The notes under the pieces: model-generated | Database searches by the model: none | The model's input: the letters and a program-made list of their open reading frames with translations, nothing else | What the model was told of the DNA's origin: nothing | In this document: one piece after another, positions 15,601 through 25,766 of the stretch | Layout: each line of letters starts with the position of its first letter | How positions within the stretch are numbered: the first letter of the stretch is position 1 | Assembly (NCBI GenBank): GCA_000146045.2 | Contig: BK006949.2 | Location: 96,001 to 160,000, forward strand | Direction: 5' to 3' | Source: TPA_inf: Saccharomyces | Taxonomy: Eukaryota | DNA: 64,000 nt | Program-made: the position numbers and the translations under genes

Positions 15601-18315
15601 CCAAGAGCTAACATTCAACTGGACTTCCCAGAATTGAAACCATACAAACAGGTTAAACAAATTGCTCCCGCTGAGCTTGAAGGTTTGTTGGATTTGGAAA
15701 GAGTTATTGTAGTTACCGGTTTTGCTGAAGTCGGCCCATGGGGTTCGGCCAGAACAAGATGGGAAATGGAAGCTTTTGGTGAATTTTCGTTGGAAGGTTG
15801 CGTTGAAATGGCCTGGATTATGGGCTTCATTTCATACCATAACGGTAATTTGAAGGGTCGTCCATACACTGGTTGGGTTGATTCCAAAACAAAAGAACCA
15901 GTTGATGACAAGGACGTTAAGGCCAAGTATGAAACATCAATCCTAGAACACAGTGGTATCAGATTGATCGAACCAGAGTTATTCAATGGTTACAACCCAG
16001 AAAAGAAGGAAATGATTCAAGAAGTCATTGTCGAAGAAGACTTGGAACCATTTGAGGCTTCGAAGGAAACTGCCGAACAATTTAAACACCAACATGGTGA
16101 CAAAGTGGATATCTTCGAAATCCCAGAAACAGGAGAGTACTCTGTTAAGTTACTAAAGGGTGCCACTTTATACATTCCAAAGGCTTTGAGATTTGACCGT
16201 TTGGTTGCAGGTCAAATTCCAACTGGTTGGAATGCTAAGACTTATGGTATCTCTGATGATATCATTTCTCAGGTTGACCCAATCACATTATTCGTTTTGG
16301 TCTCTGTTGTGGAAGCATTTATTGCATCTGGTATCACCGACCCATACGAAATGTACAAATACGTACATGTTTCTGAGGTTGGTAACTGTTCTGGTTCTGG
16401 TATGGGTGGTGTTTCTGCCTTACGTGGTATGTTTAAGGACCGTTTCAAGGATGAGCCTGTCCAAAATGATATTTTACAAGAATCATTTATCAACACCATG
16501 TCCGCTTGGGTTAATATGTTGTTGATTTCCTCATCTGGTCCAATCAAGACACCTGTTGGTGCCTGTGCCACATCCGTGGAATCTGTTGACATTGGTGTAG
16601 AAACCATCTTGTCTGGTAAGGCTAGAATCTGTATTGTCGGTGGTTACGATGATTTCCAAGAAGAAGGCTCCTTTGAGTTCGGTAACATGAAGGCCACTTC
16701 CAACACTTTGGAAGAATTTGAACATGGTCGTACCCCAGCGGAAATGTCCAGACCTGCCACCACTACCCGTAACGGTTTTATGGAAGCTCAAGGTGCTGGT
16801 ATTCAAATCATCATGCAAGCTGATTTAGCTTTGAAGATGGGTGTGCCAATTTACGGTATTGTTGCCATGGCTGCTACCGCCACCGATAAGATTGGTAGAT
16901 CTGTGCCAGCTCCAGGTAAGGGTATTTTAACCACTGCTCGTGAACACCACTCCAGTGTTAAGTATGCTTCACCAAACTTGAACATGAAGTACAGAAAGCG
17001 CCAATTGGTTACTCGTGAAGCTCAGATTAAAGATTGGGTAGAAAACGAATTGGAAGCTTTGAAGTTGGAGGCCGAAGAAATTCCAAGCGAAGACCAAAAC
17101 GAGTTCTTACTTGAACGTACCAGAGAAATCCACAACGAAGCTGAAAGTCAATTGAGAGCTGCACAACAACAATGGGGTAACGACTTCTACAAGAGGGACC
17201 CACGTATTGCTCCATTGAGAGGAGCACTGGCTACTTACGGTTTAACTATTGATGACTTGGGTGTCGCTTCATTCCACGGTACATCCACAAAGGCTAATGA
17301 CAAGAACGAATCTGCCACAATTAATGAAATGATGAAGCATTTGGGTAGATCTGAAGGTAATCCCGTCATTGGTGTTTTCCAAAAGTTCTTGACTGGTCAT
17401 CCAAAGGGTGCTGCTGGTGCATGGATGATGAATGGTGCTTTGCAAATTCTAAACAGTGGTATTATTCCAGGTAACCGTAACGCTGATAACGTGGATAAGA
17501 TCTTGGAGCAATTTGAATACGTCTTGTACCCATCCAAGACTTTAAAGACCGACGGTGTCAGAGCCGTGTCCATCACTTCTTTCGGTTTTGGTCAAAAGGG
17601 TGGTCAAGCTATTGTGGTTCATCCAGACTACTTATACGGTGCTATCACTGAAGACAGATACAACGAGTATGTCGCCAAGGTTAGTGCCAGAGAGAAAAGT
17701 GCCTACAAATTCTTCCATAATGGTATGATCTACAACAAGTTGTTCGTAAGTAAAGAGCATGCTCCATACACTGATGAATTGGAAGAGGATGTTTACTTGG
17801 ACCCATTAGCCCGTGTATCTAAGGATAAGAAATCAGGCTCCTTGACTTTCAACTCTAAAAACATCCAAAGCAAGGACAGTTACATCAATGCTAACACCAT
17901 TGAAACTGCCAAGATGATTGAAAACATGACCAAGGAGAAAGTCTCTAACGGTGGCGTCGGTGTAGATGTTGAATTAATCACTAGCATCAACGTTGAAAAT
18001 GATACTTTTATCGAGCGCAATTTCACCCCGCAAGAAATAGAGTACTGCAGCGCGCAGCCTAGTGTGCAAAGCTCTTTCGCTGGGACATGGTCCGCCAAAG
18101 AGGCTGTTTTCAAGTCCTTAGGCGTCAAGTCCTTAGGCGGTGGTGCTGCATTGAAAGACATCGAAATCGTACGCGTTAACAAAAACGCTCCAGCCGTTGA
18201 ACTGCACGGTAACGCCAAAAAGGCTGCCGAAGAAGCTGGTGTTACCGATGTGAAGGTATCTATTTCTCACGATGACCTCCAAGCTGTCGCGGTCGCCGTT
18301 TCTACTAAGAAATAG
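12652..18315 (+). CDS. FAS2: Fatty acid synthase alpha subunit (ACP, ketoreductase, ketosynthase, phosphopantetheinyl transferase; 1887 aa)
   Basis: 1887-aa ORF with an ACP Ser motif ([15 protein letters not shown]), Ala/Pro-rich linker, KR Rossmann motif ([11 protein letters not shown]), KS active-site Cys ([13 protein letters not shown]) and a C-terminal PPT domain. Confidence 0.97.
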
Positions 18316-18653
18316 AGAGAGCACTACGTAGTCCCTCTTTTAATATGTAACGTGTCGCTTCTATTTATCAGACATAATAGTAATTACTTTGTTATTTTTC
18401 TATCGTTTCCTTACTTTAGCCTCTGATTTCGATCTGGCCTAATCATTGTGTACGTCTATAATCATATGGCCCTGAGCGTACACACCGTTCAATTCTTCTA
18501 TTTGGTCGGCCCACACAAATTCGCGCGGGGGCATATTGACGCGTGGAAGAATAGAAGTCCGCGTAGCAGCTCTGGGGTAATTAGGCTTTTACGATATCGG
18601 CTGGCCCAGCACCGGTTTTTATTCCTCCCGTGGTTGTTGTCTCTACCGTGAGG

Positions 18654-19059
18654 AGGGGAAAGGGTCAGGGACGGCCGGTAGTTATGTTGTCTCAACGATT
18701 ACTGCCATCTATTGTTTACACCAATCGCGTGGGGCAAGGGGCTGGAAGGCTGTGGTGTACAGAATAGGGTCTAATACCCGATGCGCGACGCTCCTGCGAC
18801 TGGTTGTGTGAGCCACCCCTTGATCGCCTCTGCCAAATACTCAGGGAAGAGAAAAATCGCGAAGGTGGACGAGTGCCCTTAAAGAACCAGCATCCTCGAT
18901 CGCCGCTGCCGTTCGCCCTGGCTTAGCGGTGGGAAGCATCCTTTGGCTTTCGAATTCTCCGCCGTTGAGTCCCCCTAAGGGCCTTATTTATCCCCTCTAT
19001 TTTTTTTTAGAAAATGTTTTCTTTTTCAAGATTTGTTTGCTCCTTCACGGCTTCCCCCT
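18654..19059. promoter_or_regulatory. USV1: Cluster of six STRE cores (AGGGG/CCCCT) in the USV1 promoter
   Basis: AGGGG at 18654 and 18737; CCCCT at 18816, 18972, 18992 and 19055. All lie 250-660 nt upstream of the USV1 ATG inside a GC-rich block. Confidence 0.55.
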
Positions 19060-19218
19060 TAACCGTTCAACAGTCTTCCGTATATAACAATCTCAATCCA
19101 CTCTTATTGCCTATAATTTTGATTAATTCTTATTCATCCCGGCAGATAAAGTTTCGTCTTGTTTTGAAAGAGACAGGAGTTCTTGGCTGCAGTATTTTGC
19201 AACAGCTTCATTAACCAT

Positions 19219-19293
19219 GTATGTAAAGAAAAAATCTGGAGCGACTTACTGGCTTAGCTTTTTTTACTAACACATAAATAATACTGTGATAAG
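19219..19293 (+). other. USV1: Candidate 5'UTR intron of USV1 (about 75 nt)
   Basis: GTATGT at 19219-19224, perfect TACTAAC at 19265-19271, first downstream AG at 19292-19293 (alternative AG at 19297-19298). The ATG at 19312 follows within 20 nt. Confidence 0.45.
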
Positions 19294-19311
19294 ATAAGAA
19301 AAAAACACGAA

Positions 19312-20487
19312 ATGGAAAATACCACGAATCGTAATACTGCAGGCGTTCTTACGAGCAGCAATGGTAACTTTGCCACCAATAGTGTAGCGGCATCAACTCC
19401 GAAGAGGTCCAAAAGTGCTCGAAGGAAAACGTTCAAATGCACCGGATATGACGGTTGTACGATGTCCTTCACTAGAGCGGAACATCTTGCACGTCATATA
19501 AGAAAGCACACTGGTGAAAAGCCGTTCCAGTGTCCTGCATGTTTGAAATTCTTCAGTAGAGTTGATAATTTGAAACAGCATCGGGAATCGGTCCATGCAC
19601 ATAAAAACCACCATTCTACCAGCTCGCACCAGCGTAAGCCTTCCTCTTCATCTTTATCCTCCTCTTCTTCTGCATCTTCTTCGTCTTCTGCTTCATCATC
19701 TACATCATATAGTGATCCTTACAGGAAAACTAATATTAATAGCGGGAACATGCCGATGATGGCAGAAAACGAAAAAGCGCCCCAAATAATACATTCTTCG
19801 CCGGAGTTCATTACTAGCACGAGAAGCATCCCACCCATCTCTCCAAGGTCCATTTATAATACCCAACGACAGCAACAACACCAACAACAACAGCATCAAC
19901 AGGCTCCCTATTATTTTCCTTCCCATCCAATCACTGATAGTTACTACCAGTATCCTCTTCCCAGTAATAATAACACCATCAATTATTTACCATCAGTAGA
20001 TGTGCAGTATCCTTTGAATGTGAGCCCCTCCTCAACGAGCCATCCGGCCTCTGAGGTAATCATATCGTCCTTTCCTCCGAGGTCCATGCCAAGTACTTCC
20101 TTCAAATATAAAGATTCTGCCGACTTTCAAGCACGGACAACTATGAACAAATACAATATTAGACCAAGCAATATCAATGTCAATACTAGTAATATCAATA
20201 ACCATCTTGATTCATTCTCCCCGCCGTTTTCTCCGTCAACGACAGTTGCTGAAGCAAAACCAATTATTTTACCACAGTATCAGCAGGCATTTAGCCAACC
20301 ACCAAATGGAAATAAAAACAATAATATGTCTTCCTCGAAGAATGGCGGCAAAGGGGGAGAAAATTTCAAGAATACTGATGATCGCAATGATAATAATAAC
20401 AAAAAGAGGTCGGAAACTTTATCAGAGTCTGATATTTCGGTCAACACCAATAAGAAAAGGCTTAGTGTTGATTACATATTGACTTGA
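19312..20487 (+). CDS. USV1: C2H2 zinc-finger stress-responsive transcription factor (391 aa)
   Basis: Two C2H2 fingers ([26 protein letters not shown]; [24 protein letters not shown]) followed by Ser-rich and Gln/His-rich low-complexity regions. Confidence 0.9.
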   Translation: MENTTNRNTAGVLTSSNGNFATNSVAASTPKRSKSARRKTFKCTGYDGCTMSFTRAEHLARHIRKHTGEKPFQCPACLKFFSRVDNLKQHRESVHAHKNHHSTSSHQRKPSSSSLSSSSSASSSSSASSSTSYSDPYRKTNINSGNMPMMAENEKAPQIIHSSPEFITSTRSIPPISPRSIYNTQRQQQHQQQQHQQAPYYFPSHPITDSYYQYPLPSNNNTINYLPSVDVQYPLNVSPSSTSHPASEVIISSFPPRSMPSTSFKYKDSADFQARTTMNKYNIRPSNINVNTSNINNHLDSFSPPFSPSTTVAEAKPIILPQYQQAFSQPPNGNKNNNMSSSKNGGKGGENFKNTDDRNDNNNKKRSETLSESDISVNTNKKRLSVDYILT

Positions 20488-21066
20488 TCGAGGCAATCTG
20501 ATCTAAGTTTCAAATATTCCGTAGAGTATAAATATCTTACAACTAATATAATTCTTAATATGCGCAAACAAATTATGGTGCGCATCTTTTTTTATTTTTA
20601 TGTTTTGTTCCATACTAAATGCAGTTTATAAAATTTTTCAAATGAGTCAAGCTATGTATAATCAGTGCTACAAAAATGATAAGATGCAATTGCAAGAAAA
20701 AATCCCTTGCATAAAGGGCTTTCTGACCTCTTGCGTTGATCAACGAGAAATAACCGCAAAACTTAATTTTAAACTCCCGCGTCTGCTTTACACAGCCCAC
20801 AGTAGCATCAAAAACTACGATGTAACACTAACGGTGGATTGTGAATACGGAACGAACAATCCTGCATCTTGACTTCAAAACTTGATCATATACACCTATA
20901 CCGCCATGGTTATCTCGCCCTTACGCTCACCCGGACCCCCGTTAATTGCAATAATAAGAAAAAGAAAAGAAAGAAGCTTTTTATCTCATTTCACTGACAA
21001 GATGACGCTTTTTCCGATTTTAGCAGATAAACTATCACATATAACCACTTTTTTATATTACATGAA

Positions 21067-21687
21067 ATGATGCCCTACAACACCCCTCCAAATATCCAAG
21101 AACCTATGAACTTCGCAAGCAGCAACCCCTTTGGTATTATTCCAGATGCGCTCAGTTTCCAGAATTTCAAATATGATCGTCTTCAGCAGCAGCAACAGCA
21201 GCAGCAACAGCAGCAACAAAATCGCACTGCGTCATCGTTACAGCAGCCGCAACAGCAACAACCAATAAGCCCGCCTTTGTTTTTAGTAGGGGCCGGTACC
21301 AGCGAAAACTCAAACCTTAACAAGAATGCCAACACTAGTACTATCCCTCCTTTACTCTTTAGCAGATCGTCTCAGCATTATGTTGTCCCAGATATAGACC
21401 ACTCCTCCATAATATACAAGAACAACATCTGCAAATCTTTCAAAGATGACTTATTTTTCTGTCCAAGATCTTTACTTTCTCTCGAAGAACAACAAGCATG
21501 CGAGAAAATGGATAGGCTGACCGCTGAACAAATGTCATTGTATCATCAGAACACGCAATCCAGTTCTAATCCTGGTTCTATGTCTTCTTCACCTCCAAAT
21601 TCTGCTTCTTCTATATTCAACTCTAGGCCGAAGTTCAATCCTTATACATCTCAAAGTTTTAATCCTTTGGAAAGTGTTCAAGAATGA
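21067..21687 (+). CDS. Uncharacterised Q-rich protein YPL229W (206 aa)
   Basis: 206-aa ORF with a 12-residue poly-Q tract (CAG/CAA x12 at 21184-21219). Position fits YPL229W. Confidence 0.75.
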   Translation: MMPYNTPPNIQEPMNFASSNPFGIIPDALSFQNFKYDRLQQQQQQQQQQQQNRTASSLQQPQQQQPISPPLFLVGAGTSENSNLNKNANTSTIPPLLFSRSSQHYVVPDIDHSSIIYKNNICKSFKDDLFFCPRSLLSLEEQQACEKMDRLTAEQMSLYHQNTQSSSNPGSMSSSPPNSASSIFNSRPKFNPYTSQSFNPLESVQE

Positions 21688-22381
21688 TCGCGATATGGAC
21701 AAACACGTTGTTTTGATTTCTTTTTTGCATATTCCTCATTTGAACAAATCTTGTGTCCATGTTATGTTACGTTATGTTATATTATGTCAAGCCGTTTCAT
21801 TTCCTACTTATTTTTAATTATCGGTTTCTTCTATTCATGTAGTTCACTATTCAATTAGTATATGTAGATAAAAGGAGAAGGGTTTTATCTGCAAACAGAC
21901 GCAAGACGTATGTACTAAGCACTAAATACTCATATAACCATATTCTTTCAAAAATACATGCCATTTTTCTGTTTCATAATAATCCTGGAGGCTACAAGTA
22001 TGGTGATATAATAAATCTTGAACCTTGTTTTACTGGAACTCCTAAAGTCAAGCCATACATAATGCCAGAAACAGGACCTGCGTAGATAACATATAACATG
22101 TACCAGTCATGATTACCCAACGTGCCGTTACAAATGATATATAGACCTACATTTTAGTTAGTTTCGTCGTAAGTTATGGTAATAAAGGAAAAGTCCTCTA
22201 ATGAATCTATAATATAGGTTCACACAAATAAGAGTGATAATTAAAAGCGTATTCGACACTGAAAGATCTGCTGGGAATACTATACTGATATTTCCAAAAT
22301 ATCCCTTATAAATTGAATCTGGAATAGCACTTCTTTTTTTAAAAAACCTTGAATTGTTGGTAGCATTTCTATCCTCCCACT

Positions 22382-24031
22382 ATGAGTTACACTGACAACC
22401 CTCCTCAAACAAAAAGAGCTTTATCGTTAGACGATCTGGTGAATCACGATGAAAATGAAAAGGTTAAATTACAAAAATTAAGTGAGGCGGCTAATGGCAG
22501 CAGACCTTTTGCCGAAAATTTAGAATCTGATATAAATCAAACGGAAACGGGCCAAGCTGCTCCGATTGACAATTACAAGGAGAGTACTGGTCATGGCTCG
22601 CACTCACAAAAACCTAAATCACGCAAGTCATCTAATGATGATGAAGAAACCGATACGGATGACGAAATGGGTGCAAGTGGAGAAATTAATTTTGATTCAG
22701 AAATGGACTTTGACTATGATAAACAACATAGAAATTTACTATCCAACGGATCACCTCCTATGAATGATGGTAGTGATGCCAATGCGAAGTTAGAAAAGCC
22801 TTCTGATGATTCAATTCATCAGAATAGCAAGAGTGATGAAGAACAGAGAATACCGAAACAAGGTAATGAAGGGAACATTGCCAGCAACTATATAACCCAA
22901 GTACCTCTGCAAAAGCAGAAGCAAACTGAGAAGAAGATAGCGGGAAATGCAGTAGGAAGCGTGGTCAAGAAGGAAGAAGAAGCGAATGCAGCTGTAGATA
23001 ATATTTTTGAAGAGAAAGCTACTTTACAATCAAAAAAGAATAATATCAAGAGAGATTTGGAGGTTCTGAATGAAATATCTGCGTCTTCCAAGCCCAGTAA
23101 GTACAGGAATGTTCCAATTTGGGCACAAAAATGGAAACCTACTATCAAAGCTCTTCAAAGTATAAATGTGAAAGATCTCAAAATTGACCCATCTTTTTTA
23201 AACATTATTCCCGATGATGACTTAACAAAGTCAGTACAGGACTGGGTTTATGCTACAATATACTCAATTGCTCCTGAACTAAGATCCTTCATTGAGTTAG
23301 AAATGAAATTTGGTGTTATTATTGATGCGAAAGGCCCAGATCGTGTAAATCCACCAGTTTCTTCACAATGTGTTTTCACTGAGCTTGATGCCCATCTAAC
23401 GCCTAATATTGATGCATCTTTGTTCAAAGAGTTGAGCAAATATATTCGTGGTATTAGCGAAGTCACTGAAAATACAGGTAAATTCAGTATTATTGAATCC
23501 CAGACAAGAGATTCCGTCTATAGAGTCGGACTATCCACGCAAAGACCAAGGTTTTTGAGAATGAGTACAGATATTAAGACTGGGAGGGTAGGACAATTTA
23601 TAGAGAAAAGACATGTAGCCCAACTACTATTATATTCACCAAAAGATAGTTACGACGTTAAAATCTCCCTAAACTTGGAATTACCTGTACCTGACAACGA
23701 TCCGCCAGAAAAATATAAATCTCAAAGCCCAATTAGTGAAAGGACGAAAGACCGTGTTAGTTACATTCATAATGATTCCTGTACCAGAATTGATATTACA
23801 AAAGTCGAAAATCATAACCAAAATTCAAAAAGTAGACAATCAGAGACCACTCACGAAGTGGAACTAGAAATCAACACGCCTGCACTGTTAAACGCCTTTG
23901 ATAACATAACGAACGATAGTAAAGAATATGCATCTCTTATTAGAACGTTTCTGAATAATGGTACAATTATTAGAAGAAAGTTATCGTCTTTATCATATGA
24001 AATTTTTGAAGGTTCAAAGAAAGTCATGTAA
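22382..24031 (+). CDS. CET1: mRNA capping enzyme RNA 5'-triphosphatase (549 aa)
   Basis: 549-aa ORF with an acidic, Ser-rich N-terminus and the triphosphate-tunnel beta-strand motifs (…[11 protein letters not shown]…, …VELEINT…). Confidence 0.88.
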
Positions 24032-24162
24032 TATTTGAATCATTTCAAAAAAAAATAAGCAAATGCCCTTGAGCGAGAAATTTTTTTTGTTTACTCAAAT
24101 GCTGTTATGAAAGCTTATGTAATAATAATAATAATGATAATAATAACATAAAAATAATTACT

Positions 24163-25167
24163 CTAACATTTCTTATTATCTCTATATATCCCTAATAAAT
24201 AGGCCATTCTTATAATAACCAAGTCTTTCGCCATTTTGATACTATCAATAGCTAAAGCCATCTTAGAGCCATCAACCTCATGCCAGGAAATTGGTATCTC
24301 CTCAATTTGGATTCTTTTTCTGATGGCTAAGATCAAAATTTCAACGTCAAAGATCCAACCCTCTGTATGCAAATACGGAAAAATTTTCAATATAGCGGCT
24401 CTGTTGAACAATTTGAATCCACATTGTGTGTCTTTGATAGACCTGATGCCGAAGATGAAAACTAAGGTATGGAAACCGTACATCAAGCAGTTTCTTATCA
24501 TTGATCTCTTTATGACGGCTTCGGTATTTACCATATGTGCTCTGGAACCAATTGCTACTGCTGGTTTAGTCGTTTTTAGATCTGTACTAGACGTTTCAAT
24601 TTTGCTAATAGCATCTATTAGTTTTTCTACATCACTGAACTTACTAGCACCATCAGCATCGGCAAAAAGACCATACTTACCTCTAATATGTAAAAAACCT
24701 TGTCTCACTGCGCCACCTTTGCCTCTGTTTTGAGAAAACTTGATGATTCTGAATTGTTCGTAGTTCAATTTGAACTGTTCTTTACAAATTTTCAAACAGT
24801 ATTGTGTGGTATTATCTGTGGAACCATCATCCACTATGACAATCTCCCATCTGGAACCATATTTTTCCTTTAAAAAGCTGATTGCGTCTGTCAACATTAG
24901 TAAAATTCTACCTGTCTCATTATAGCTTGGGATAACAACAGATAAAAATATTTCTTCGTCATCTTGGTGTTCATTCAAGTTAGGTAAGGCACGACTAACT
25001 TCATGACCTTTTTCATCAATAGCTATGTATTTGAGCTCCTCTGGATATGGCGGCCTTGGTGTATGCGAAAATAAATAGACCAATAAATACAGTGAAAGCA
25101 CCAAGGCTACTAAGAGCGTAAAAAAGACAGTGTTTCTGTTCTCAATCAGGAATCTCAACGCTCTCAT
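24163..25167 (-). CDS. ALG5: Dolichyl-phosphate beta-glucosyltransferase (GT2 family; 334 aa)
   Basis: N-terminal TM segment plus GT-A fold motifs (LSVVIPSYNE…; EIVIVDDGSTD; DAD). Confidence 0.9.
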   Translation of the reverse strand: MRALRFLIENRNTVFFTLLVALVLSLYLLVYLFSHTPRPPYPEELKYIAIDEKGHEVSRALPNLNEHQDDEEIFLSVVIPSYNETGRILLMLTDAISFLKEKYGSRWEIVIVDDGSTDNTTQYCLKICKEQFKLNYEQFRIIKFSQNRGKGGAVRQGFLHIRGKYGLFADADGASKFSDVEKLIDAISKIETSSTDLKTTKPAVAIGSRAHMVNTEAVIKRSMIRNCLMYGFHTLVFIFGIRSIKDTQCGFKLFNRAAILKIFPYLHTEGWIFDVEILILAIRKRIQIEEIPISWHEVDGSKMALAIDSIKMAKDLVIIRMAYLLGIYRDNKKC

Positions 25168-25766
25168 TTTTGTTGTGCTTTGTGTAATTTTTGGCTGCCT
25201 CTCTGTTTTTGTCCCTTTCTTACGTTATCAAAAGCACCTAATCTATCCTTACAGCATCCAATTAGATACCACTACCTTTCCACAGTGACTATGGTCCTTT
25301 GTGCCACTTTAATTGCGATAAAGCCTTGAAAATTGGCACGTTTTCTTCTTGTTTACACTTTTTTTCGAATACGCCAAATTTCGCTTTCTCATGAAAAAAA
25401 TGGCATACACTGCTTCGAAAGATACAACAGAGCCATGTGCATTAATATATATAAATTAAAAGGTACTGAAGTGATAACGGTGAAAATAGGATAACTATGT
25501 ACACTTGACTTTGGACTTGTTAGTTGTGACTAGTATAGAAGTTACAAGATCAAATGGAATAAACCCAAACACCACATCTAATTTTTCAATGGAAAAAGAA
25601 AAGTTTCAAGGTGGAAAAAAAATTTTCAGCAGCATCGCAATAAATGTTAAAAAATAATAATATATTGCAACCTATTTAAGATAATACATATGCGTCGATC
25701 TATAGTGCATAATTTATATCTTGTAAACTGTAAATACAACGACAATCAGTGCTAATTCAACTCAGG

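Noticed and set aside
18914-18960. tRNA-like A-box (TAGCGGTGGG) and B-box-like (TTTCGAATTC) pair in the GC-rich island
   Set aside because: The boxes are only about 27 nt apart, each with 2-3 mismatches, and the flanking sequence cannot form an acceptor or D-stem. It is not a tRNA.
20600-21070. Small ORFs (90 aa, 62 aa) in the USV1-YPL229W intergenic region
   Set aside because: There is no codon bias, no recognisable domain and no upstream promoter signals distinct from the YPL229W promoter. They are probably random.
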